Source of the DNA: an uncultured Clostridia bacterium
Lineage (GTDB): Bacteria; Bacillota; Clostridia; TANB77; CAG-508
Assembly: GCA_963557965.1 (NCBI GenBank)
Contig: CAUWEX010000004.1
Location: forward strand, 649 to 64,648
DNA length: 64,000 nucleotides
Reading direction: 5' to 3'
The translations under genes and the position numbers were made by a program. Positions 10,230-19,136 of this stretch are shown piece by piece; positions within the stretch are counted from its first letter, which is position 1; each line of letters opens with the position of its first letter. The notes under the pieces are model-generated. The model did no database searches. It saw nothing but the letters and a program-made list of their open reading frames with translations, and was not told the origin of the DNA.

Positions 10230-12650
10230 ATGAAAGCAAGTATTGAATGGTTAGAAGAATATAGCGATATTGATGTAGATGCAGTAGAATTAGGAAATAT
10301 TTTAACAATGACAGGTTCAAAAGTAGAAGAAGTAGCTCAAACAGGAAATGATATTAAAAACGTTGTTATTGGAAAAATACTAGAAATAAACAAACATCCA
10401 GATGCAGATAAATTAGTAGTAACTAAAGTGGATGTGGGAGACGAAGTGTTACAAATAGTAACAGGAGCAAAAAATATAAAAGAAAACGATATAGTTCCGA
10501 TTGCCAAAGATGGAGCAGAACTTCCAGGGGGAGTAAAAATAAAAACTGGAAAACTAAGAGGAATTGAATCATGTGGAATGATGTGTTCTGTAGGGGAATT
10601 AAATCTTAATATAAATGATTATCCAGACCAAATAGAAGACGGTATAATGATATTAGATAAAAAATATGAGAAAGATTTAGGAAAAGACGTTGTAGAAATT
10701 TTGGACTTGAAAGAAGAGATTATAGAATTCGAAATTACTCCAAATCGTCCTGATTGTTTATCGATAGAAGGAATAGGAAGAGAAACCGCGGTATCATTAA
10801 ATAAAACATTTAAAAATCCAAGAAAAGATATAGATAATATACAAGTTCAAGATAAAAGCGATATTGAAGGCTTGACTGCAGAAATAACAGAACCATCACT
10901 ATGTTATAGATATATTGCAAGAATGGTGAAAAATGTAAAAGTAGGACCTTCGCCAGAATGGATGAGAAAAAGATTAAAAGCATGTGGAATGAGGAGCATA
11001 AATAATATAGTAGATATAACAAATTATGTTATGCTCGAAATGGGGCAACCAATGCATGCATTTGATATCAATTCAATAGAAGGAAAACATATTACTGTAA
11101 GACGTGCTAAAAATGGAGAAAAAATAACAACATTAGATGAAGAAGAAAGAATATTAGACGAAAATGACTTGGTAATAGCAGATATAAATAAGCCAGTTGC
11201 TATAGCAGGTGTAATGGGTGGAATGAATTCAGAAATAGAACAAAACACAGACACAGTTGTATTTGAAGCCGCAATGTTTTACGGAGGAAATGTAAGAAAA
11301 ACGGCCAAAAAGTTAGGACTAAGAACAGAAAGCTCATCAAGATTTGAAAAAGGATTATCTGCTGAAAATACTTTAAGAGCCATAAATAGAGCAGTGCAAT
11401 TAGTAGAAGAATTAGGAGTGGGAGAACCAGTAGATGGAAAAATTGATATATATCCAAGTAAGCAAAAAATAAACAAAATAAAATTAGATGTAGAAAAAAT
11501 TAATAGCCTAATAGGTACAAATCTAAGTAAAGAAGAAATGATAGATATTTTGGAAAAATTAGGAATAAATGTGGAAAATGATATGGCAATAGCTCCATAT
11601 TTTAGAATGGATTTAGAATTTGTAGCAGATTTGGCAGAAGAAATTGCAAGATTTTATGGATATGACAAATTAGAGACAACATTAATTAGAGCAGAAACAA
11701 CGATGGGAATAAAAAATAAAGAGCAAAAAATAGAGGATATAATTCAAAACATATTAGTTACAAATGGACTTTCAGAAATCTATACATACGGATTTTTAAG
11801 CGAAAAAGATTTAGAAAAATCAAAGATAAAGAAAGAAATAATAGATAATGCAATTACTATTATAAATCCATTAGGAGACGAATTTAAACTTATGAGACCA
11901 ACTACAATTCCAAGTATGATGCAAATTTTAGCTGGAAACAATAACAAGAAAAACCAAAATGTAAAACTATTTGATATTTCTAAAAATTACAAAAACACAG
12001 ACGGTCAAATTGAAGCAGGGGAAGTTCCCGTACAAGAAAACATATTAACAATTGGAATGTATGGAGATGTTGTAGACTTCTATACATTAAAAGGACTTGT
12101 AGAAAATATTTTAGAAGCAACAAATGTAAATAGGTATGATATAGAAAAAGAAAGAGAAAATGAATCATATCATCCAGGAAGGTGTGCAAACTTTAAAGTC
12201 GGAATAGATACCATTGCAACATTTGGAGAAGTGCACCCTGAAGTATTAGCAAATTATGATATAAATAAAAGAGTGTATTTAGCTGAAGTAAATATCACAA
12301 AAATCACAAAATATTCTAAACCTGATAAAAAATATACAGAAGTACCAAAATTTCCAGCCATAGAAAGAGACATAGCTATTATTGTTGATGAAGATGTACA
12401 AGTAGGAGACATCGAAAAAGCAATCATAAATAAAAGTAAAAAGATGTTAAAAGGAAAAAAAGGTTTAGAAGAATTACAATTATTTGATATTTATAGAGAT
12501 GCCAAGATAGGAGAAAACAAAAAAAGTATTGCATACAGTTTGATTTTTAGAGATATGACAACAAGCCTATCAGATGAAGAAATAAACCCAGTTATGGAAG
12601 AAATAACACGAGAATTGTCTAAACAATTTGGAGCAGAACTTAGAAAATAA
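10230..12650 (+). CDS. pheT: Phenylalanine--tRNA ligase beta subunit
   Basis: N-terminal tRNA-binding domain, B3/4, B5 and FDX-ACB domains; 806 aa; follows pheS. Confidence 0.95.
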   Translation: MKASIEWLEEYSDIDVDAVELGNILTMTGSKVEEVAQTGNDIKNVVIGKILEINKHPDADKLVVTKVDVGDEVLQIVTGAKNIKENDIVPIAKDGAELPGGVKIKTGKLRGIESCGMMCSVGELNLNINDYPDQIEDGIMILDKKYEKDLGKDVVEILDLKEEIIEFEITPNRPDCLSIEGIGRETAVSLNKTFKNPRKDIDNIQVQDKSDIEGLTAEITEPSLCYRYIARMVKNVKVGPSPEWMRKRLKACGMRSINNIVDITNYVMLEMGQPMHAFDINSIEGKHITVRRAKNGEKITTLDEEERILDENDLVIADINKPVAIAGVMGGMNSEIEQNTDTVVFEAAMFYGGNVRKTAKKLGLRTESSSRFEKGLSAENTLRAINRAVQLVEELGVGEPVDGKIDIYPSKQKINKIKLDVEKINSLIGTNLSKEEMIDILEKLGINVENDMAIAPYFRMDLEFVADLAEEIARFYGYDKLETTLIRAETTMGIKNKEQKIEDIIQNILVTNGLSEIYTYGFLSEKDLEKSKIKKEIIDNAITIINPLGDEFKLMRPTTIPSMMQILAGNNNKKNQNVKLFDISKNYKNTDGQIEAGEVPVQENILTIGMYGDVVDFYTLKGLVENILEATNVNRYDIEKERENESYHPGRCANFKVGIDTIATFGEVHPEVLANYDINKRVYLAEVNITKITKYSKPDKKYTEVPKFPAIERDIAIIVDEDVQVGDIEKAIINKSKKMLKGKKGLEELQLFDIYRDAKIGENKKSIAYSLIFRDMTTSLSDEEINPVMEEITRELSKQFGAELRK

Positions 12651-12721
12651 TATAAAACTATAGACAAAACAAATGAAATATAATACAATAATGTAAAAAT
12701 TAAAACAAAGGAGAAACAGAT

Positions 12722-12895
12722 ATGGAAGAAACAGTAAAAGAAGAAGTTAAAAAAGATGAATTCAAAGAAGTAAAGAAAAAATCAGGAAAACATTCTAAAT
12801 TAAGTCCTGCAGCGACAGTTTTATTAACTATTGCAGCAGCATTAGGAGCTTTAGTAGTGGTAGCAGCTGTTTATGGAATATTTACTTTAATATAA
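12722..12895 (+). CDS. Small tail-anchored membrane protein (57 aa), below the ORF-track cutoff
   Basis: GGAGAAAC RBS 7 nt upstream of the ATG. Lys/Glu-rich N-terminus then a single TM (AATVLLTIAAALGALVVVAAVYGIFTL), followed by a terminator. Confidence 0.55.
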   Translation: MEETVKEEVKKDEFKEVKKKSGKHSKLSPAATVLLTIAAALGALVVVAAVYGIFTLI

Positions 12896-12924
12896 GACTG
12901 TATTATGAAATTAGGTAAGTATTA

Positions 12925-12970
12925 ACAAAAAACTAGAGAATACATTATGAAAATGTTCTCTAGTTTTTTT
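12925..12970 (+). terminator. Rho-independent terminator after the pheST/small-ORF unit
   Basis: aactagagaa ... ttctctagtt stem followed by a T run. Confidence 0.8.
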
Positions 12971-13073
12971 GTTATATAATTATATTTCAAAAAATGTAAA
13001 TATAGACTATATTAAGTGGACAAATACTAATAAATGTGCTAAAATGTAGAAACGACCTAAGGGGGGAGCAACT

Positions 13074-13736
13074 ATGGAAATGACTACTGTTTTTGAATTA
13101 CGAGATAAGTTTGGAGGCAAGAAAGAAACCGGATATGACATCGACGAAGAAACTGGAAACATCATTGTATACGCGTTAAATGCCATTTACAATGATGGAC
13201 TGTACTATTCGATGACTGATGGACATGTTATCAGTTTTGATAATTATGTCAAAACTATTCGCGCCTATGTAGAGCAACAGCCCATACATGTTCCTGGCAC
13301 AGGAGTAGTTGTTTATCGGAAATGCAAAGATGGTCAAACTTTGATTTTGCTTCAACTACGACAAGACTTTGGACAATATGGACTTCCGGGCGGCGGAATA
13401 GAAGCGGGCGAGACGTATCAAGAATGTGCGGCTAATGAACTTTTACAAGAAACTGCACTGATAGTTCCAAAAAAAGAACTAGAACTTGCTAGTGTATATG
13501 CCGGCCCCAAGCATATTACCAAATATCCTAATGGGGACATTGTGTTTCACACAGTTGTGGTGTTTAAAATTGCATATTCTAAATGCAAAAAAGCAGCACA
13601 TGACGTAGATAAGGTTGAAACCAAAAGGCTCGATTGGGTTTCTCTTGATAAAATTCAAGAGCTAATTAAGGAAGGTAGGGTGTTTCCAAACAATATCCCC
13701 ATATTAGAGGATGTTGTTAAGATGTCTTTTGATTAA
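13074..13736 (+). CDS. NUDIX-family hydrolase with degenerate Nudix box, compositionally foreign
   Basis: Nudix-box-like GGIEAGETYQECAANELLQETAL (REUXEE reads NELLQE). Locally much higher GC (e.g. ccgggcggcggaatagaagcgggcgagacg) than the neighbouring genes. Confidence 0.75.
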   Translation: MEMTTVFELRDKFGGKKETGYDIDEETGNIIVYALNAIYNDGLYYSMTDGHVISFDNYVKTIRAYVEQQPIHVPGTGVVVYRKCKDGQTLILLQLRQDFGQYGLPGGGIEAGETYQECAANELLQETALIVPKKELELASVYAGPKHITKYPNGDIVFHTVVVFKIAYSKCKKAAHDVDKVETKRLDWVSLDKIQELIKEGRVFPNNIPILEDVVKMSFD

Positions 13737-13909
13737 AAGACAGGAGAAGTTACTAAATGCGGTGGCTTCTCTTTTTTTGTTGTATAGGAAAAAATCATTT
13801 TTTATATAATAAATAGGAAAAAATATGTAAATTTCAAGAAAATAGCTTGACAAATTTTAAAAAATGGTGTAAAGTATATTAGCATTACAAACAGAAAAGA
13901 GGTAATCAT

Positions 13910-14257
13910 ATGGATAAAAATGTTGAAATTAGTATCTTATGCCAATTATATGGAAAGTTATTAAGCAAAAAACAATTAGAATTCATAGAAGATTACTACA
14001 ACAATGATCTATCTCTATCAGAAATAGCAGAAAATCATGGGATAACAAGACAAGCTGTTAGAGATGTGATAAAGAAGGGGGAAAAGAAACTTTTCGAATA
14101 CGAAGAAAAGCTATTGTTTATGAAAAGGATGTCAAATCAAGAAAGAAGAATAGAAAGAATTTTATTGAAATTAACAAAAATACAAAAAGATTATACAGAC
14201 AATGAAATAGCAAGTGTTTTGGAAAATGTAAAAAAAGAATTAAACTGTTTGGTATAG
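13910..14257 (+). CDS. ylxM: YlxM/UPF0122 putative HTH protein upstream of ffh
   Basis: Sigma-70 region-4-like HTH (LSLSEIAENHGITRQAVRDVIKKG) and conserved position before ffh. Confidence 0.85.
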   Translation: MDKNVEISILCQLYGKLLSKKQLEFIEDYYNNDLSLSEIAENHGITRQAVRDVIKKGEKKLFEYEEKLLFMKRMSNQERRIERILLKLTKIQKDYTDNEIASVLENVKKELNCLV

Positions 14258-14300
14258 TAAACAAAAGAACCTTAAAACAAATAAAAAAGGAGAGAAAGAT

Positions 14301-15653
14301 ATGGCTTTTGAAGGATTATCTTCTAGATTACAAGAAATAACAAGAAAAATCAGAGGAAAAGCGAGGATAACAGAATCTGACTTAAAAGAAATGTTAAGAG
14401 AAGTTAAACTTGCACTTTTGGAAGCGGATGTAAACTATAAAATAGTAAAAGAATTTACAGAAACAATAAAAGAAAAAGCACTTGGGCAAGATGTGTTGAA
14501 ATCTTTAACACCAGGTCAACAAGTAATTAAAATAGTAAAAGATGAATTAGTGGAATTACTTGGAGGAACAGAAAGTAGAGTAAACTTTAGCCCAAATCCA
14601 CCAACTGTAATAATGCTTGTAGGTTTGCAGGGCTCAGGAAAAACAACGACAGCAGGAAAACTTGCAAATTTATTTAGAAAACAAGGTAAGAAACCATTAT
14701 TGGTTGCATGTGATATTTATAGACCAGCTGCTATACAACAGTTACAAGTAGTTGGAAAACAACTAAATATTCCTGTATACAGTAATGAAAATTCAAAAGA
14801 TGTAGTGCATATAGCAAAACAAGCGATGTCAATAGCAATGTCGAAGTTAAACGACGTAGTGATTTTAGATACAGCAGGTAGATTACATATTGATGAAGCT
14901 CTGATGGATGAGTTAAAAAATGTAAAATCAGGAGTAAAACCACATGAGATATTACTTGTAGTAGATGCTATGACAGGTCAAGATGCTGTAAATGTAGCTT
15001 ATAAGTTTAATGAAGCATTAGGAATTGATGGAGTAGTATTGACAAAATTAGATGGAGATACACGTGGTGGTAGTGCATTATCAGTAAAAAAAATCACGGG
15101 AAAACCTATCAAATTTGCGGCAACAGGTGAGAAACTAAATGATATAGAAGTATTTCACCCAGATAGAATGGCAAGCAGAATATTAGGTATGGGAGATATT
15201 TTATCAGTTATAGAAAAAGCAGAAGAAACTTTCGATATGGAGCAAGCAGAAAAGCTTGAAAAACAACTAAGAAAAAGTGAATTTGATTTAGATGATTACC
15301 TAACACAAATAAGACAAATAAAAAAAATGGGTTCATTTTCATCATTGTTAAAAATGATACCAGGAATGAATCAATTAAAAGATGTTAAAATCGATGATAA
15401 AGAATTTGTAAGAATAGAAGCTATAATTTGTTCAATGACAAAAGCGGAAAAAAGAGATGTTAGACTTTTAAATGCAAGTCGTAGACAACGTATAGCCAAA
15501 GGAAGTGGAACATCAGTACAAGAAATAAACAAATTCATAAAATCATTTGAAATGACACAAAAAATGATGAAGCAAATGAAGAGTAATAAAGGTGGAATGA
15601 AAAAGCTTATGAAAGGAATAGACGAAAACACCTTAAAAAACTTCAAATTTTAA
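14301..15653 (+). CDS. ffh: Signal recognition particle protein Ffh
   Basis: NG domain (GLQGSGKTTTAGKLA, DTAGR, TKLDGD) and a Met-rich M domain. Confidence 0.97.
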   Translation: MAFEGLSSRLQEITRKIRGKARITESDLKEMLREVKLALLEADVNYKIVKEFTETIKEKALGQDVLKSLTPGQQVIKIVKDELVELLGGTESRVNFSPNPPTVIMLVGLQGSGKTTTAGKLANLFRKQGKKPLLVACDIYRPAAIQQLQVVGKQLNIPVYSNENSKDVVHIAKQAMSIAMSKLNDVVILDTAGRLHIDEALMDELKNVKSGVKPHEILLVVDAMTGQDAVNVAYKFNEALGIDGVVLTKLDGDTRGGSALSVKKITGKPIKFAATGEKLNDIEVFHPDRMASRILGMGDILSVIEKAEETFDMEQAEKLEKQLRKSEFDLDDYLTQIRQIKKMGSFSSLLKMIPGMNQLKDVKIDDKEFVRIEAIICSMTKAEKRDVRLLNASRRQRIAKGSGTSVQEINKFIKSFEMTQKMMKQMKSNKGGMKKLMKGIDENTLKNFKF

Positions 15654-15708
15654 ATAGTTATTAAATTTTTAAATTTTATATATAATAAAAATTTCGGAGG
15701 TGAATTAA

Positions 15709-15942
15709 ATGGTAAAAATAAGATTACAAAGACAAGGAAAGAAAAGAGCTCCTTTTTATCACATTGTAGTAGCTGATTCTAAATCTCCAAGAGATGGAAA
15801 AATCATTGAGCAAATTGGAACATATGATCCAATGACAAAACCATCAACAATAGTTTTAGATAAAGCAAAAGTTGAACAATGGATAAAAAATGGTGCACAA
15901 CCAACACCAACAGTTAAAAACTTAATTGAAAAAGCACAATAA
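15709..15942 (+). CDS. rpsP: 30S ribosomal protein S16
   Basis: [24 protein letters not shown] is typical of S16. Confidence 0.95.
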   Translation: MVKIRLQRQGKKRAPFYHIVVADSKSPRDGKIIEQIGTYDPMTKPSTIVLDKAKVEQWIKNGAQPTPTVKNLIEKAQ

Positions 15943-15965
15943 TATAAGTTGAACTGGAGGAAAAA

Positions 15966-16196
15966 ATGGAAAAGTTTTTAGAGACAATGATTTTGAATTT
16001 AGTAGAAAATAAAGAAGCTGTTGAAATAAACAAAGTAGACAACGAACATTCTACAACATTTGAAGTTAAAGTTGCACAAGAGGACATGGGAAAAGTAATT
16101 GGAAAGCAAGGTAGACTTGCAAAATCAATTCGTACAATCATGAAATCTGTAGCAGCAAAAGAGCACAAAAAAGTGCAAATTGAATTTATAGGATAA
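15966..16196 (+). CDS. khpA: KH-domain RNA-binding protein KhpA (YlqC)
   Basis: 76 aa with the GxxG KH motif (VIGKQGRLAKSIRTI); conserved position between rpsP and rimM. Confidence 0.85.
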   Translation: MEKFLETMILNLVENKEAVEINKVDNEHSTTFEVKVAQEDMGKVIGKQGRLAKSIRTIMKSVAAKEHKKVQIEFIG

Positions 16197-16211
16197 TTGG
16201 AGTATGAAAGT

Positions 16212-16742
16212 ATGACAAAATATCTTGAAATTGGTCAAATTGTAAATACTTTTGGTATTAAAGGAATGGTAAAAATAAAACCATTTTCAGATAATATAGA
16301 AAGATTTAACAATATGGAAACAATATATATCAAAAATAAATCAGGTATAAATGAATACAATGTTCAAGAAGTGAAATATCATAAAAACATGATATTAATG
16401 AAATTGGAAGGTATAGAAAATCCTGAACAAGCAGATTTACTAAGAAATAGCTATCTTATAGTAGATAGAGACAAAGAAGAACCTTTGGAAGAAGGAACTT
16501 ATTATGTAGTAGATATGTTAGGTTTGGAAGTATATACTGATGAAAATGAATTACTGGGAACTTTAGATGACATTTATAATACTGGTAGTAACGATATATA
16601 TGTAGTAAAAAACGAATTGGGAAAAACGGTTCTTTTACCAGCGATAAAAAAGGTTATAAAAGAAGTAGACATGGAAAACAAAAAGCTTATAGTACATATA
16701 ATACCTCGGACTAATGTAAAAGGAGAAAACAATGAAATTTGA
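16212..16742 (+). CDS. rimM: 16S rRNA processing protein RimM
   Basis: RimM/PRC barrel pattern (GQIVNTFGIKGMVKIKPFSD). ATG 16212 follows GGAG; the track start at 16197 is a TTG. Confidence 0.88.
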   Translation: MTKYLEIGQIVNTFGIKGMVKIKPFSDNIERFNNMETIYIKNKSGINEYNVQEVKYHKNMILMKLEGIENPEQADLLRNSYLIVDRDKEEPLEEGTYYVVDMLGLEVYTDENELLGTLDDIYNTGSNDIYVVKNELGKTVLLPAIKKVIKEVDMENKKLIVHIIPRTNVKGENNEI

Positions 16743-17415
16743 TGTTTTAACACTTTTTCCGGAAATGTTTAATTGTTTAAATGAAAGCATAACAGGAAGA
16801 GCGATAAAAAATGGAAAAATTGATATTAATTTAGTAAATATCAGAGATTTTTCCAATAATAAACATAAAAAAGTTGATGATACTCCATATGGTGGTGGAG
16901 CTGGAATGGTAATGATGCCAGATGTTGTATATAGAGCGTATCAATCTGTTAAAGATACAAATGCAAAAGTTATATACATGACCCCACAAGGAAGAACATT
17001 AGATCAGAGAAAAGTTGAAAAACTATCTAAAGAAGAACATCTTATAATACTTTGTGGTCATTATGAAGGTATAGACCAAAGGGTAATTGACAAGATTGTT
17101 GATGAGGAAATATCTATAGGAGATTACGTACTAACAGGTGGAGAAATCCCAGCAGTAGTACTAATTGATAGTGTAAGTAGGTATGTGGATGGAGTTGTAA
17201 AAAAAGATTCTATAAAAGAAGAAAGTTTTTCAAATGGATTACTTGAATATCCTCAATATACAAGACCAGAAGTTTTTGAAGGAGAAAAAGTACCTGAAAT
17301 ATTACTATCTGGAAATCATCAAGAAATTAATAAATGGAGAAAAGAACAGTCTTTTGAAATAACAAAGAAAAAAAGGCCTGATTTGTTACAAAATCAGATA
17401 CTAATTGTAGATTAG
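16732..17415 (+). CDS. trmD: tRNA (guanine37-N1)-methyltransferase TrmD
   Basis: MKFDVLTLFPEMF, GHYEGIDQRV and SIGDYVLTGGE are hallmark TrmD motifs. Confidence 0.95.
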   Translation: MKFDVLTLFPEMFNCLNESITGRAIKNGKIDINLVNIRDFSNNKHKKVDDTPYGGGAGMVMMPDVVYRAYQSVKDTNAKVIYMTPQGRTLDQRKVEKLSKEEHLIILCGHYEGIDQRVIDKIVDEEISIGDYVLTGGEIPAVVLIDSVSRYVDGVVKKDSIKEESFSNGLLEYPQYTRPEVFEGEKVPEILLSGNHQEINKWRKEQSFEITKKKRPDLLQNQILIVD

Positions 17416-17487
17416 AAAAAAACAGGTTAGACGTACTTGAAATAGAGTACCGCTATAATCAATATAAGGAAAAGGAGGAAGTTCTAA

Positions 17488-17979
17488 ATGGATATAATAA
17501 AATCTATTGAACATGAGCAATTAAAAAACAAAATACCAGAATTAAAAGTTGGTAATACAGTAAGAGTACACGTAAGAATCAAAGAAGGAAACAAAGAAAG
17601 AATTCAAGTATTCGAAGGTACTATAATAAAAGTACAAGGTGGAGGAGTAAATAAATCTTTCACAGTTAGAAAAATATCTTATGGTGTAGGTGTTGAAAAA
17701 ACATTTTTAGTACATTCACCATTAGTAGAAAAAGTAGAATTAGTAAGAGTTGGTAAAGCAAGACGTGCTAGATTATTCTACTTAAGAGACAGAGTTGGTA
17801 AAGCTGCTAAAACTAAAGAACAAATTGGGGCTAGAATTGAAAATAGAGAAATCACAATTAAAGAAGATTTAGTAGAAGAACCAGTAGTTGAAGAAGTTGC
17901 AGAAACTGTAGAAACACCAGCTGCAGAACCAGCTAAAGAAGTAGTAACAGAAGCTGCAGAAGAACCAAAAGCTGAATAA
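17488..17979 (+). CDS. rplS: 50S ribosomal protein L19 with ~45-aa acidic Pro/Ala/Glu C-terminal extension
   Basis: The L19 core ([33 protein letters not shown]...[24 protein letters not shown]) is followed by [34 protein letters not shown]. Confidence 0.93.
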   Translation: MDIIKSIEHEQLKNKIPELKVGNTVRVHVRIKEGNKERIQVFEGTIIKVQGGGVNKSFTVRKISYGVGVEKTFLVHSPLVEKVELVRVGKARRARLFYLRDRVGKAAKTKEQIGARIENREITIKEDLVEEPVVEEVAETVETPAAEPAKEVVTEAAEEPKAE

Positions 17980-18375
17980 TATATAATAAAAGGACTCTAA
18001 AGGGAAACCGTAGGAGTTCTTTTTTTTGTATAATAGGAAAGTTATGCTGACTTTCCTATTATACAAAACCTTATTGTACACAATTTTACGTTAGTAAAAT
18101 TGGTACACGAACAAATTACTGGAAAGCCTAAGAGAAAGATTAAAATTATGCTAATTTAATAGCTTTTCGATTTGTTCCAAATTTTAATGCAAATCATATT
18201 TTAAAAAAATTATAAGGTGAATTTATTGGTAATAAAGGGATACAGAAAAAGGCGAACAAACTTTTTGAAAAAATCATAAAAAAGTATTGACAAAATGAAA
18301 AATGAAATGTAAAATGTATTCAACAAAAGCGAACAATAATTTGCAAAACATAATTTTGAATAGGAGTGATATGTT

Positions 18376-18897
18376 ATGAGTATGGTAAAAATGAGAATAA
18401 GTGCAAAAACAACTGTAAATACAAGTGTTGAGAGACATCCTGTACCAATATTGGGAATAGACTATAAAGTTAGGATTACATATAAAAGTGTTAAATTCGT
18501 TCAATTAGATGTAGAAGAAAAACTAATAAATATATCACTACCAAATAGGTATAAAAAAGTATCAAATGTAGAGATATTAGATTTAGCAATAGACAAATTA
18601 TATGAACAAGTAGCCAATACAGAAATAGAAAGGGCAATGGAGAAAACAAGAATAATGCTAGGATTTGCTCCGGAAGAATACGAAATTGCTAAAATGAAAG
18701 TTTTAGGAAAATGTGAAGAGGGAAAAATAACAATAAACCCTGAGATTGTAAAATATGGCAGAAGATTAATCGATTACGTGGTATTACATCAATATTGCCA
18801 CCTAAAATTTAAAACACATGCAAAAGGATTTTATGAATTACTAAAAAAATATGAGCCACGTTATAGAGAATACGAAAGAATATTAAAAGAAATATAA
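18376..18897 (+). CDS. DUF45/YgjP-like (WLM/SprT-type) metallopeptidase-fold protein with HQxxH instead of HExxH
   Basis: C-terminal IDYVVLHQYCHLKFKTHAKGFYELLKKYEP aligns to the YgjP HELCHLxxxNH...F motif. AGGAG RBS at 18362-18366. Confidence 0.65.
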   Translation: MSMVKMRISAKTTVNTSVERHPVPILGIDYKVRITYKSVKFVQLDVEEKLINISLPNRYKKVSNVEILDLAIDKLYEQVANTEIERAMEKTRIMLGFAPEEYEIAKMKVLGKCEEGKITINPEIVKYGRRLIDYVVLHQYCHLKFKTHAKGFYELLKKYEPRYREYERILKEI

Positions 18898-19029
18898 ACG
18901 AAAGATACTAAGTTATTAAATGATAAATAATATAAATAGCTTAGTATTTTTTGTATATATATAAAATTTATAAAAAAAGTGAAAAACTATTTATAAAATG
19001 AAAAATATCTGATATAATGAAGGCAACAT

Positions 19030-19104
19030 TGGGGTATCGCCAAGTGGTAAGGCATCGGACTCTGACTCCGACATTCCTGTGTTCGAATCACAGTACCCCA
19101 GCCA
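19030..19104 (+). tRNA. tRNA-Gln (anticodon CUG)
   Basis: Acceptor TGGGGTA/TACCCCA, anticodon stem TCGGA/TCCGA with loop CTCTGAC, T-loop TTCGAAT, encoded CCA. Confidence 0.9.
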
Positions 19105-19136
19105 AGTTTATTATATAACCAATGGAGGAAAAACAA

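Noticed and set aside
17416-17487. Possible L19 (rplS) leader RNA upstream of rplS (hairpin gtacttgaaatagagtac)
   Set aside because: Only one short hairpin is visible, and I cannot match it to the known L19-leader structure from memory. The support is insufficient.
18029-18069. Perfect 17-bp hairpin (ttgtataataggaaagt/actttcctattatacaa) after the rplS terminator, as a possible member of the REP-like family or an sRNA
   Set aside because: It shares only the ataggaaa core with the REP-like motif. It is most simply a second or bidirectional terminator, and there is no further evidence.
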